This document shows positions 11,700-24,602 of a stretch of 64,000 nt of DNA, piece after piece. A model generated the notes under the pieces. That model was not told the DNA's origin. It did not search any database and saw only the letters and a list, made by a program, of their open reading frames with translations. The first letter of the stretch is position 1, and each line of letters opens with the position of its first letter. The stretch is from Eledone cirrhosa. Taxonomy: Eukaryota. A program made the translations under genes and the position numbers. Where the stretch lies: positions 23,994,001 through 24,058,000 of the forward strand of contig OZ024742.1 in NCBI GenBank assembly GCA_964016885.1, written 5' to 3'.

Positions 11700-13930
11700 T
11701 AATGAAAAATTGAACGGGAACAAAACAGAGAGGCAGTACAACAAATGTTTATTAATTTCACGCTCTTGAGAGTGGGGTGGTGGTGGGGAACGACGTTTCG
11801 GGCATAAGCCCTTCTTCAGGTGAAAAAGTGTGTGGGAAGAGAGTTCAAAGGGTGTGTAGGGGAGTGGTGGAGAGACATATAGCAAAAAGGGGGTGAGAGG
11901 AAACGGTGCAAAGGAAATTAAAAATAAAGGCATGATCAAAATAAAATTAAAATGGGGTAAAACAGGTGGTGGAAGGGGGTGGGGGGGGGCTGAAGGTGGT
12001 GTGTGTGTAGGTGTACGTGTGTGTGTGTGTATGTGAAAGCAAGGGTTGGGGGAAGAACGGGGTTGCATGTTCAGGAAGAGGTGTGTGTGGGGTGGGGTGT
12101 AGGTCGGAGTGTGTGTGCGTATGTGGATAGAGGGGTGGGGGGAGAGGAATCCGGAGGCTGAATGTGTAAATATGTGGTGGTACGCACGTGTGTGTGTGGT
12201 GTTTAAGCGTGTTGTAGGTGTAGGTGGCGTGTGAGAAAAAAAATTATTTTGGGGTGTGTGTGTGGGTGAGTCATAAAGGTGATTCCGTAAGAAGATGTGG
12301 TGGGATGCTTGGTAAAATCCTTGGATTCCGGGATCAAGGTTCACATACGTCTAATCCGTGAAGATATTGGTCGGAAGAGGGGAGTTTTGGGGTGCGCGCG
12401 CAACAGGAAGTGGTCAAGGCAGGAGGAGTGTGGTGTGTCTGTGGTCAGAGGGCATAGCAGCAGTAGCGTAAAATGGTGAGTGTGTGTTGTGTGTCTGTGT
12501 GTGCGGGGAGGTGGTCAGAGGGCATAGCAGCAGTAGGGTAGAATGGTAAGGGGGAGAGGATGGGTAGGTGTGAAAGTTGGAGTTAGGAGGGTGTGTGTGT
12601 GTGTATTAGTAGAGGTGTTAGTGGGATGAGTGAGTGTTTGAGAAAGGGTGTGGGTGGAGCGGGGAGAGAAGGATGTGGGGGTCGATGGAGGGAGTGTGGT
12701 GTACTGGTGTGTGCGTTTGGTGAAGGGGTGTTAGTGGGTGTTAGTATACAGGAGGTGGAGAAAGGGTTGAATGCGGGTGTGAGTGGGGGTCAGTGGTGGT
12801 AGGGTGTGTAGAATGGGTGGTGTAAGAGGGGGTGGGTGTACGTGTGCGTAGGGTTGGGGGGTGTTAGTGATGTTAGTTGCATGTAGGGTGGGTGGTGTAA
12901 GTGGGTGTGTGTGTTCGTGTGCTTGGGGTCAGGGGGTGTTAGTGATGTTAGTTGCGGGGTGATGGGGTGGATGTGTGGGGTGAGGGTTAGAGGTGGTAGT
13001 AGGGTGTGTGTTTAGTGTGAGCGCGTGTATATATGTGCCGTTGGGTGTGTGCGTGTGATAAGGATGGGGGACGAGAAGAAGGGAGGGATGTTAGTATGTT
13101 AGTTGGGGAAGGGTGGTCGGATGTGCGGTGGAGTGGAGGTGTTAGTATTGTTAGTTGTGGGGTGGGCGGTGAAAAGGAGGGGTGTGCTAGTGGTGTTAGT
13201 GGGCGATATGTGTGGGTGGAGGGGGGCGGTCGAAGGCTAAAGGAATAAGGGTGGGGAGTTCAGGCCGGGGGGAGTGTGGGTCTGTAAGATGAAGATGGTT
13301 CGTTGTTCAATTCTTAGGAGATTGGCGAGTGTTCCGTGGCATTGGAGTAGGTCACAGACTGTGAGATGGCGTGCGGCATGTCCAGGGGCACTAAAGTGGC
13401 GGGCGATGGGGGAACTACCACCGAGACGAATAGCCCGTAGGTGCTCAGTAAATCTGTCCGCCAGGCGACGTCCAGTCTGTCCGACGTAAGTCGCGCTGCA
13501 CTCCGTGCAGCGAAGTCCGTAGACTAGGTTGGAGGAGGTGCAGCGGAAGGCATGCCGGATAGAGAGAGAGTGGCCGTTGGGACCCTGGAAGGTGGTGGTG
13601 TTGGTGATGTGGGGAGAGGTGTTGCAGCGGGGCCTATAACAGGGAAAGGAACCAGGGGGGGAAGAGAGCGTGGGTTGGGGCGGTAGGGAGCTGTGGACGA
13701 GGAGGGTGCGGAAATTGCGTGCGCGTTTGAAGGAGGGGAGGTGTGGGGCTGGGAAGATGTGGGAGGTGGAGGGGTCGGATTGGAGGCGTCGGAAGAGGCG
13801 GAGGATGGTGCGGTGGAAGGGTGGTAGCTTATGGGGAAGGGGAGACGGTGGGTGGGTGTGCGGTGGCGTGGGGTGAGGGTGGTGGAGCGGTGGACAGCAC
13901 GGGCGCGGGTGAGAGCGGTGTGGACGAGAT
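11700..13930 (-). mobile_element. 5'-truncated Neptune-type PLE (thumb end, EN, long 3' UTR, HHR)
   Basis: EN motifs read manually. Minus strand CTGAAGAA-GGGC-ttat-GCCC-GAAA-CG-TC at about 11790-11820 (stem I weak). TA flanks. Confidence 0.85.
13235..13928 (-). pseudogene. PLE thumb end and GIY-YIG endonuclease (frameshifted; EN frame absent from the ORF track)
   Basis: Manual translation: SFKRARNFRTLLVHS..GSFPCYRPRCNTSPH..FRCTSSNLVYGLRCTECSATYVGQTGRRLADRFTEHLRAIR..PIARHFS..EQRTIFILQTHTPPGLN. Upstream frame reads ALTRARA..LPFPISYHP. Confidence 0.88.
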
Positions 13931-14083
13931 ATATATATATATAAAGAAAAAAAAGATGAAATCGAAAATGCAACTGGAGTTTTTATTTTTTTAAATATAT
14001 ATATTTATTTGGTTCCTTTACCGGTTTCGCAGTTCTTCTGCTTTTCAAAAGTAGAATTGAGATGGAGGGTTTGTGGTTTTTCT

Positions 14084-14169
<86 letters not shown>

Positions 14170-14204
14170 TATATATTTAAAAGAATAGAGGTGTAACATA
14201 CAAG

Positions 14205-14606
14205 TTATGATATATTGGTAAACGGAATAGAAAATGCTGACAAATTGTTCACAGTGAAAAATAGTTTAATTAGGAATAAGTGAGAGTTAGTAATAGTATT
14301 GGTTAGTATTCAGTTTTGGTTTTTAGTTTTACCGGTTGCGCATTTCTAATGCTTTTCAAAAATAATTTTGAGATAGAGCGTCCGTGATGTTTGCTCTAAT
14401 CAGAGCAAACATCACGGACGCTCTATCTCAAAATTATTTTTGAAAAGCATTAGAAATGCGCAACCGGTAAAACTAAAAACCAAAACTGAATACTAACCAA
14501 TACTATTACTAACTCTCACTTATTTCTAATTAAACTATTTTTCACTGTAAACAATTTGTCAGCATTTTCTAATCCGTTTACCAATATATATATATATATA
14601 TCATAA
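14205..14606. mobile_element. Fold-back PLE terminus with HHR-like motif (GCAA instead of GAAA)
   Basis: Arms of about 190 bp centred at about 14399. ttt-TTGAAAA-GCAT-tagaa-ATGC-GCAA-CCGG-TA-aaa at about 14437-14472. Related to the 3190 family. Confidence 0.7.
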
Positions 14607-15149
14607 ATTATGTCCATAGAATTATTTGATAAAATATATACACTATTTCCTCTCCCGAGTAGCATAATTAACCATATAAAAAATCAATTAGACCAGGCTA
14701 TAAGAATAAAGGTTCCTATGAAGAAATATTTTCTAAATAAACTACGGCAGCCTCTCTATATATATAAACTACAGCAGCCTCTCTCTCTATATATATAGTT
14801 TACCCTACAAACGAGAAGGCGTTAAGTTGTGAATGTGGGAGGAGATTGTAGATATCAGGAATTGTGTTTTGCGAAATATTTATGTGATGAAGGAATTTAA
14901 TTATTAGATTAAATTTTGAGAATTTATCGTCTTCGGTTGTTTACTTGATAGTTAATTTCGTTTGTTTGTAGCGTCATATTCTATGAAGTCTTTATTTATT
15001 TTTAGTACTGTAAATGAAGAATATATCTTACCTATAATTTTATACTTAATGCTCTTATGATATTTTATGAGAAAAAATATTAAAATAATGAAGTAACATT
15101 GATCCATGTAGACGCCTAATTAACAGAATCGTTAGAAGGTCAGATATAA

Positions 15150-15332
15150 TCGTTTCTACTTTGGGCACAAGGCCAGCAATTATCCCAGTGCATTACTGGC
15201 ACTTTATTTTATCGACCCGTAAGGATGAAAGGCGAAATTAACCTCGGTGGGATATGAACTCAGATCATAAAGGGAGGTAACTCTATGCTTCAAACCATGG
15301 GGTCCGTCTCTGTACCGATACTGCCAATCCAC
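15150..15332 (-). mobile_element. SINE family A
   Basis: Matches the other copies in the window. Confidence 0.8.
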
Positions 15333-16229
15333 CCAGATATAATGCTTTATAGTGTTTGTTCCAGTTCTCTGCTGAAATCCAATGCCGCTGAGGTCAAAAT
15401 TGCCTTTCATTTTTTCAAGCTCGATAAAAAAACTACGATTTTAGAACTGGGTCATGTCGTCTTCCATCTCTCTCTCAGAATCAGCTGTGATCAGTCCTGG
15501 AGAGGTATGCCCAAGACACACTGTATCTCATTATGGCGCCCCTATGACATCCCCAGGTTTATATACAATGATCAGAGGCACACTGTCTAGTGGTAAGTGC
15601 GTTGGACGATCGAAATGTCGTTAGTTTCATCCCTAGACTGGTGTGTGTGTGTTGTGTTCTTGAGCAAAACACTTCACGTTACTATAGTATACTTAGCTGA
15701 AAATGACTACTAATAGTAGCTAGGTGTTTAACCCTTCGATGGATTGTCGTCCTGCCCAGGGGAGAATAAGCACCGGCCTGTTCGAGACACACTTTAGATA
15801 TACAATGATCATTGTAGTATGAAAAATGATACAAATTAAATATGATATGGAATTTTTATTCTAATAATTGTATAATCATTGATAAAAATTGATAAGTGTT
15901 TTTTTATCTGTTCAACTTGACGATTATATTCAAGCAATATTTTTCTTTAACCCAGATCATCTCTTATTCTATATCGTTAGAGGTGGGAGTCAAATCATCC
16001 AGCGTTTTATAAATTTCATAACTCTTATATTTCAGTTAACAAATTTCGTTCGTATGATTAGGAAATGTTACGGATATGTACAAAAGAAGCATTTTCTTAT
16101 GTAACATAATAATTTACAATAATATGCTCTATGTAAAATGAGATAAAATTAACGACATACATGATAATAGATTTAAATCTTACAAATGACCACCGCAGAA
16201 GAAAAAAAGATTGCTTCTAATATATATAC

Positions 16230-16720
16230 TTTCGAAAAACTTGCAGCAAATTCCAGAAGAAATTAAACAAGTTACGTGAGATAAAACTAACTGACAATAC
16301 CAATCTGATAAAACATGAAATCGATACAAAATCGATTTAAGTAAAGATACGCACCACATTTCAAATTCCATTACCAATCAATAGCGGAAAATAGATAACA
16401 AAAGGAAATCGCAGCGGAATTTTATACCAATGATAAAACTGAAAGCCCTTCAACCATGGAATCTGTATTTCACATTTAAAGATCATAAAGAGAATGTTCA
16501 GAAGAAACGAACTATACGAGTAGTTAATCCCATATAGACAGATATAGGAAAAATTAGTAAAAGCATTGTCAATCGAATTATCCCCAAAGTAATATCACTA
16601 TTTCATGTCTCCCTTGGGTAGAATGCACATATGAGAGTGAAATGTACAAATGTGTACAGTTTAGCATTAAAGAGAGCTATCCATATATATCACTGGAAAC
16701 ATAGTCAAGTAAACCTTAAA
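16230..16720 (+). pseudogene. Highly decayed PLE RT N-terminal region
   Basis: From 16469: FTFKDHKENVQKKRTIRVVNPI*TDIGKISKSIVNRII, then KCVQFSIKESYPYIS. Resembles the TLKDHK..RLINP..GKISK and FD...FYPSI motifs of PLE RTs. Confidence 0.65.
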
Positions 16721-17164
16721 TGGTACTAGATCTGACGTTAGCGTCGTTGCCCACTATTCTATCGGAATGAGTTCGGATGGACTATTATCACACAAAAATC
16801 CACAACGTATTGACAGATTAAAAAAATGGTTACCTTATTTCTTGAAGATATAGATGAGTGTTGCAATTGCGTCAGTAGCGGTAATGAATGTTCCAGTGGA
16901 TAAGATAAGTGGAAGATCTTGCTCGTACAATTAATGTACAAGTTGTTGGGCATTCTACAGAGAAGTGAGCCTTCAAAATAATGTTTACCTAATGACTACG
17001 TAACGAACCTCTTAACTAGTCAACCATGCTATGTCTACAATTCACCGAACATTTATCATAGATAGCTGTAATCGAATTCAATAAACAACCATAAGCAAGC
17101 AAGAAAAGTATACACAAATACGTGTTTCTTCATGTTTATCTTTCTTCTTCTACTTCTTACAATT

Positions 17165-17848
17165 ATCGGTAGAGAGTCGGACACCATGCTTTGCAGCATA
17201 AAGTTACGGCCCTTTATGATCTGAGTTCAAATCCCACCGAGGTTAACTTTGCCTTTCATCCTTACTGGGTCGATAAAATAAAGTACCAATAATGCACTGG
17301 ATAATTGCTGGCCTTGTGCCAAAAGTAGAAACAATTATCATTATTAATATTATTTGTTATATTTATGCATAGTTTATTTTATATACTTTTATATCTTCAT
17401 TGTTAAATTAGTCTTGCCATTGTGCACTTTTACTCGATCTTATTGTAACCCTCCACTGTCCCTGTCTTTGTATTGTCCCCTACATGTCGGCCCTTGTGGT
17501 CAATAAATAAAATCATCATCATCATTATTATTATTATTATCATTATTATTATCATTATTATTATTGTCCCCTAGATGTCGGCCCTTGTGGCCAATAAATG
17601 AAATCATTATTATTATTATTAGCAAGGGTGGTGGATTGGCAGAATCGGTAGAGCGTCGGACATCATGCTTAGCGGCATAGAGTTATGGCCCTTTGCGTTC
17701 TGAGTTCAAATCCCGCCGAGGTTAGCTTTGCCTTTCATCCTCACGGGGTCGATGAAATAAAGTACCACTAATGCACTGGGGTTGATTTAATTGACTTTCC
17801 CAAATTGCTGGCCTTGTGACTATAGTAGAAATGATTATTATTATTATT
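17165..17848 (+). mobile_element. Two SINE family A copies separated by short Tx1-like 3' ends
   Basis: SINEs at about 17165-17340 and 17625-17848. tgtattgtcccc..gcccttgtgg.caataaa (17465-17600) resembles the LINE 3' end at about 32405-32452. Confidence 0.75.
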
Positions 17849-18149
17849 GCTCGGATCCGGCTAAAGGTTGAGTCCATCTTCTTTTACTCGGAAGGGGCAC
17901 GCAGCTTTCATTTGCCTGTTGACTATGGCTTGTGATGGACGCAGTTAAAAATGTTGAGTACAGGCACTTTACTTTTTGGTGAAGCTCTGTTTAACTTTTT
18001 AAAATTTCGCTTGAAAACAAAACTCCGTAAATGGACCTGCTCTGAGTATACCACCTCAACATTGGCGTAGAAATACTAAGAGGGAGCACTTACCCTAGAG
18101 GTCAGGGTAACCATGATTTTTTGTGGGTATTCTCTACCAGTTGTGAATG

Positions 18150-18265
18150 TGCGTAGCTGAGTGGTTAGGGAATTGGATTCACAGTCGTGAGGTTGTGAGT
18201 TCGATTCACGGACCAGGCGATGCGTTATGTTCTTGAGCAAGACAATTTATTTCATGTTGCTCCTT
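18150..18265 (+). mobile_element. tRNA-derived SINE head, second family (related decayed pieces at about 15575-15790 and 27480-27620)
   Basis: A-box-like tagctgagtgg and B-box gttcgattc, followed by ttcttgagcaagaca. Confidence 0.6.
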
Positions 18266-18793
18266 CTACCTGGAGTTGCGACCGATAGATAGTATTATCA
18301 ATTGGAAAGACCAACGGAAACATTGTTTCCTCGGTCAAATTTGACGAAAGTCGATCGACTGTCTCTACCAGTGACCCTCAAATGTCTCTGCCCTGTCGGA
18401 AAATGTTTACTTTGCCTTTTTTTATATTTGTTGTTTTCTGTTATCAAACATGTTACATAAAAAAAAATATCGCATCGCCCCTTGCTGTCTTTAGTATTTT
18501 CTTCATACTAGCCATGCGTGGTTAATAAAAACATCATTGGCTGCACGAAGGTACAAGCCCCGTGAGATGGATTAGCTGTTTCAGTGTTTCTCGCACGCCG
18601 TCCTTCGGGGCAATCTCTTCTCCATACTGTAGGCCGGGACCAAGAATCGGATGGTCAGTTAGTTGGAGGTGGAAGACAATGGGCAGGGACACCCGCTGCA
18701 ACAGCCATCCCACCTCACGGAGCTCCTTCATCTGACGAGCTGCTGAAGTTTCGATCTTGTGGAGAAGTAATTATTCAGAGTAGACATCATATC

Positions 18794-19346
18794 ATTATTT
18801 TGTTGTCTGAGTTCAAATCCCGCCGAGGTTAACTTTGCCTTTCATCCTTACGGGGTCGATAAAATAAAGTACCAGTAATGTACTGGGTATGTTGCTGGTC
18901 TTGTGCCAAAAGTAGAAACAATTATTTTGTTGTCTAGGGCGGTGGATTGGCAGTATCTGTAGGGGGTCGGACGCTATGCTTTGACGCATTGAGTTACGGT
19001 CCTTGCCATTCTGAGTTCAAATCCCGCCGAGGTTAACTTTGCCTTTCATCCTTACGGGGTCGATAAAATAAAGTACCAGTAATGTACTAGGTAATTGCTG
19101 GCCTTGTGCCAAAAGTAGAAACAATTATTTTGTTGTCTTTCGAAACAACGGTGAATTGGCAGTATCTGTAGAGGGTCGGACGCCATGCTTTCCAGCGTAG
19201 TTTCGTCCCTTTACGGTCTGAGTTCAAATCCCGCCGAGGTTAACTTTGACTTTTATTTTTACGAGGTCGATAAAATAAAGTACCAGTAATGCACTGGTAT
19301 AATTGTTGGCCTTGTGCCTAAAGTAGAAACGATTATTTTGTTGTCT
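18794..19346 (+). mobile_element. Head-to-tail array of three SINE A copies separated by an identical 15-bp target sequence
   Basis: ATTATTTTGTTGTCT at 18794, 18921, 19124 and 19332. Confidence 0.9.
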
Positions 19347-20041
19347 TTTTATTTATTTTATTGTGTTTTTTTTTCTTTCATTTTTTCTATTTTTCATCTT
19401 TTTTTCTTTTTTCTTTATTTCAACCGAGTTAAATCTACTGGGAATTCAATTCCAGCTAATATTATTTATTCTTCCTCCATAATTATAGTAGAACGATAGA
19501 ATGGGCGGCATTCTAAATTGATTTTTATAATCTGTATTTATGATGAATCGGGCATTACATGCAAGCGACTTGGTAAGATTTAGTTTTCTTAAATCATTGT
19601 AGAGAATATAGTTTGAATGGAATCTAATATTGGTTTATATTGATGGATGATGTCGTGTTGAACTAAAACACTTTTAGATAACATCAAATGTTTAAAAATA
19701 ACTCATCTTAGAAAATGGGTAAAGCGGGTGCATAGCATTAGGCATGGAGGATAGATAATACAAAGGGACCTTTTTAAAGAATCGGACATTTTGGTCAGTG
19801 AGTACTAAAAATAGGGACATTTGAGTAAATAGATTCTCTGTCTATTATCGAGAATTATATTTGAAACCGTTATATATATCTATATATAAATGAAGTAATT
19901 CCGTCTGAAAAGTCCAGGAAAAAAGAGTGCTCTATGTAGGTAACAGAGCTTAATAGTTATGTAATAAACAACATATTTTTTCCGTATATATATATACACG
20001 GAAAAAATGAAACGAAATTTCATTTCTCACTCTTACATACT

Positions 20042-20245
<204 letters not shown>

Positions 20246-20304
20246 TGTAAGATGTCAGCTAGGTTGATGGTGGTTGTAGTTTTCGTGGAAATATTTCGCT
20301 TACG

Positions 20305-20665
20305 TTATATGAAAGACGGCTGAATAGTTCATAATCTGACCGAGATACTCTCATGGAAGGACCAAATCTGGTTTATTTTTCTACAGACAAGAAACAGTCT
20401 TTTGGTTGATGTAATGCTAAATACCTCTACATTAGATAGCATTGTCTTGGCTATTGTGTTTAGTCGACTTCAGCCGACGTGGATTTAAACAACAACCAAG
20501 CTATGTTTGATTAATCAATTATAAAATGTCTATCTTCATTTTCATATGGAGGTAGAGAAACATATACTAGGGTTAGCTGAAAAGTTCATAGGCTGAAAGG
20601 TCTATAGGCCGACCAAGATACTCTCATAGAATAACCAAATGAGATTTATGTTTCAACATAGTCAC
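20305..20665 (+). mobile_element. Two decayed mariner-like terminal fragments
   Basis: gctgaa(t/a)agttcata..gacc.agatactctcat occurs twice. The second begins TA-ctagggttagctgaaaagtt, similar to mariner TIRs as recalled. Confidence 0.4.
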
Positions 20666-20765
20666 TGGAAAGAAACAGTGCAGATATTAAAAAGAAGAGT
20701 TGAAATTAATCCATGCAAGATTTCACAGCCCGAGCATCATTCCTTCATAGTCATATACTGTCTTA

Positions 20766-20930
20766 TTGGACGCCATGCTTTACAGCATAGTTACGTCCCT
20801 TTACGGTCTGAGTTCAAATCCCGCCGAGGTTAACTTTGCCTTTCATCCTTACGGGGTCGATAAAATAAAGTACCAGTAATGTACTGGGTATTTGCTGGCC
20901 TTGTGCCAAAAGTAGAAACAATTATTTTGT
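20766..20930 (+). mobile_element. SINE family A
   Basis: Matches the other copies. Further copies at about 36480-36660 (-), 39835-39980 (+), 40975-41130 (-) and 42262-42430 (+). Confidence 0.8.
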
Positions 20931-21236
20931 TCAGAACACATTGGAAATAAAATAAAAGCAACAGCAGCAGCAACAGCAGCAGCAACAGCAGCAGCAACAA
21001 CGGCAGACACACCAATCAACAGCAGATATATCAATCCTGATTGACTTCGTGTACGACTTCATTCGACATTCTTCAGTTTATCCACCTGATCAAACGACAG
21101 ATAGGCCTCCGTCGGTTTCGACTATGATTCTTCCAGTTGTTTGATTAAAAGAACCGCCTGCTCGTGAGATTAAATTATAAGTGGCTGAGCATTCCACAAA
21201 CATGTGTACCGTTAACGTAATTTTCTGGAAGGTTCA

Positions 21237-22250
21237 GTGGTGGTGGTGGAGCTGGTGGTGGTGATGGTGGTGCTGGTGGTGGAGGTGGTGGTGATGGTGG
21301 TGCTGGTGGTGGAGGTGCTGGTGGTGGTGGTGGTGGTGGTGGTGGAGGTGGTGGTGCTGGTGCTGCTGGTGGTGATAGTGGTGTTGGTGGTGGTGGTGGT
21401 GCTGGTGGTGGAGGTGGTAGTGGTGCTGGTGGTGGTGGTGCGGGTGGTGCTGGTGGTGCTGGTGGTGGTGGTGGGGGTGCTGGTGGTGCTGGTGGTGCTG
21501 GTGGTGCTGGTGGGGCTGGTGATGCTGGTGGTGCTGGTGGGGCTGGTGGTGCTGGTGGTGGTGCTGGTGGTAGTAGTGATGGTGATGGTGGTGGTGGTGA
21601 TGGTGGTGATACTGCTGGTGGTGGTGCTGCTGGTAGAGGTCTGGTGGTGCTGGTGGTGGTGCTGGTGGTAGTAGTGATGGTGATGGTGGTGGTGGTGATG
21701 GTGGTGATACTGCTGGTGGTGGTGCTGCTGGTAGAGGTCTGGTGGTGCTGGTGGTGGTGCTGGTGGTAGTAGTGATGGTGGTGGTGCTGGTGATGGTGGT
21801 GGTGGTGATGGTGGTGGTGGTGATGGTGGTGATACTGCTGGTGGTGGTGCTGCTGGTAGAGGTCTGGTGGTGGTGGTGGTGGTGCTGGTGGTAGTAGTGA
21901 TGGTGTTGGTGCTGGTGATGGTGGTGGTGGTGCTGATGGTGGTGATACTGCTGGTGGTGGTGCTGCTGGTAGAGGTCTGGTGGTGCTGGTGGTGGTGCTG
22001 GTGGTAGTAGTGATGGTGATGGTGGCGGTGGTGATGGTGGTGATACTGCTGGTGGTGGTGCTGCTGGTAGAGGTCTGGTGGTGCTGGTGGTGGTGCTGGT
22101 GGTAGTAGTGATGGTGATGGTGATGGTGGTGGTGGTGATGGTGGTGATACTGCTGGTGGTGGTGATTGTGGTGGTGCTGGTGGTAGTAGTGATGGTGGTG
22201 ATACTGCAGCTGGTTGTCGTAGTGACGGTGGTATTGGTGCTGGTGGTGAT
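21237..22250. repeat. (GGT)n-derived complex minisatellite with higher-order unit
   Basis: Recurring block gatactgctggtggtggtgctgctggtagaggtctggtggt, spaced about 100-130 bp apart. Confidence 0.9.
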
Positions 22251-22892
22251 AGGGTCTGTCAACAACTGACCTTCTTACGATCACTAGCAGAACTCTACCT
22301 TCACCACAAAGCCACTCACATTCAGCCCTCTGACGGCATCACACACAACTAAAGCACTCCTTCTTAAAAAAGACGAACATCCTTAGAATATTATGTACAT
22401 ATTTGTATCTTTCTTTCTTTCTTTCTTTCATTCCGTGGGCCCGCCACTGATGGTGGAGTCGTCGAACCACGACCGAGACACACGAGATACCATTAAAAAA
22501 ATTAAATAATCGTGGGTCTCACCCCCTCCCACGATTTGGTCACAGCTGATTTCGTCCAAAAAGAAAGCGACAAAACAATATATATATTGTCACCAATAAA
22601 ATATTGTTGATATTTATCATGATCGAAAGAGTGAAAGACAAGTTGACTTGAGTGGAATTTAAACTCAGTGAATCAGAACAAATACCGCCAGGCATTTCAT
22701 CTAATGCTCTATTAACTTTCTCTTCATATTTTTTTTTTTATTTAACCGTGAAAAAGAAAAAAAAGAAAATGACCCGTCTAGTTCTGGGGGTCGATTTTTC
22801 CTCTACATCTCTTTCGCACACAGTAGTTTTATTTTTTAAGATATATTTATCAAACTTGGGTCAGTTTGTCTTCATGACTTGTTCTTACGATC

Positions 22893-23168
22893 TCACTTGA
22901 TAAATCCGCCATTGGCTTTGATGACGGCCTCAAGGTGGCCTCTGAACTGGCTACAGGCCTTCGTCACTGTCCCCCGACTTAGGCCCATAAAGGCATTTGT
23001 GATCCTAGTCTTCAGATCGTCTTTCGTATTGCAGCTAGATCTGTTGGTATCTCGTTCCACTACGCCCCACACAAAGAAGTCGAGGGGTTTGCAGTCAGGC
23101 GAGCTGGGAGGCCAGATGTCAGGTAAAGTATGGTCGACGAAGTTCTCTGACAGCCAGGCTTGGGTCAA
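22893..23168 (-). pseudogene. Tc1/mariner-superfamily (maT/DD37D-like) transposase C-terminal fragment
   Basis: WPPSSPDCKPLDFFVWG...KACSQFRGHLEAVIKANGG. Confidence 0.85.
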
Positions 23169-24423
23169 AGAAATCTCCTATATTCAGACCTGGAGAGAAC
23201 ATGGGCTCCACTAAGTTTCAAAGGTCCAGGAAAGGCCGTATTTCACTACCACTCCCCCAGGAATTACAGAATCATGTGTGTGCATAAATATTTGTTTATG
23301 TATGTGTATGGGCTTATATATACATGTGTCTGCGAATATGTACTTGAATATATATGTATGTAGATATGTATATGTATATATATATGTGTGTGTGGGGGGG
23401 GGGGTATTTATATGTATATGTGTGTGTGCGTGTGGATGTGTGTATCTGTAGGTGTATATAGGTACGCTTCTGTATGTGTGTCTATGTGCATGCACATGTG
23501 TGTGTATGCGTGTGTGCATGGGGAGCATGGATGTTTGTGTATGTTCATTCGTGTGTCTGTGTGTGTGCATATGTGCATATATATATATATACACATGTGT
23601 ATGTGCATGTGTGTGTCCGTGTGTGCATACATGTGTGTTTCTGTATATTCATTCATGTATGTGTGTGTGTGTATGTGCATGGGGAGCTTGAATGTGTGCA
23701 TATGTACTTATGGATATGTACACATGTGTGTATGTATGCGTGCGTGTGTGTGTCCATGTGTGCGTACGTGTATATGTGTATATAAAGAAAAATACAAGAA
23801 AACCGTAACCCCCTAGAAATCTTTCATTAACAAGAATTAAGAAAAAGACAGAATGATATTAATTAAGAAAGATTGGTTGAATGGAACTAAAATAGAAACA
23901 TTAATTAGATTCTAGAGAAAGGACCATTGACACCTCTCATCCGCAATGTCTTCTTGATATTTTAGCTGTATAGGAAGACACCAAGATCAAACTGAAATCA
24001 TCATTCTTATTTGTATCCCTCCAAATGTTAAATATACAGTATTACGGTAGACAGATGGCTTTGCGGAATTCCTTTCGGTTCTCTTCTATCTGAGTTCAAA
24101 TCCCACCGAAGTCAACTTTTTCAATCCAACATGGAGCAGTGAGTGTGGAGACGACGACAACGACGACGAGTGGATGATGAAACACACACGAACACACACA
24201 TACACGCACACACACTCTCTCTCACACACACATACACACACGCATACACACTCTCTCTCTCTCTCTCATACACACAGACACATACACACTGACATTGATA
24301 GTTCATCACACACACACACACACGCACATACATACACATACACACACACACACACACTGACATTGATAGTCCACCACACACATACACACACACTGACATT
24401 GATAGTCCACCGCACATACACAC

Positions 24424-24460
<37 letters not shown>

Positions 24461-24602
24461 TCGACACACTGACATTGAGAGACCAGCTGCACATAAAATG
24501 AAATGTTTCAAGTTTAATGGAATGTCTCATGAAGTCAATGTTTATATTGTTGTATGGTAAATAAATATACACCAGGTCTGAACACAATGCAACCAAACTC
24601 CC

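Noticed and set aside
18150-18225. Possible tRNA gene
   Set aside because: A and B boxes are present but the cloverleaf is poor and it runs into a SINE body.
18794-19346. Repeat-spacer pattern reminiscent of CRISPR
   Set aside because: The spacers are homologous SINE copies, the context is eukaryotic and there are no cas genes.
21175-22284. Pro/His/Thr-rich ORFs resembling extensin, formin or mucin
   Set aside because: Open in several frames because of the (GGT)n repeat. No unique domain or splice context.
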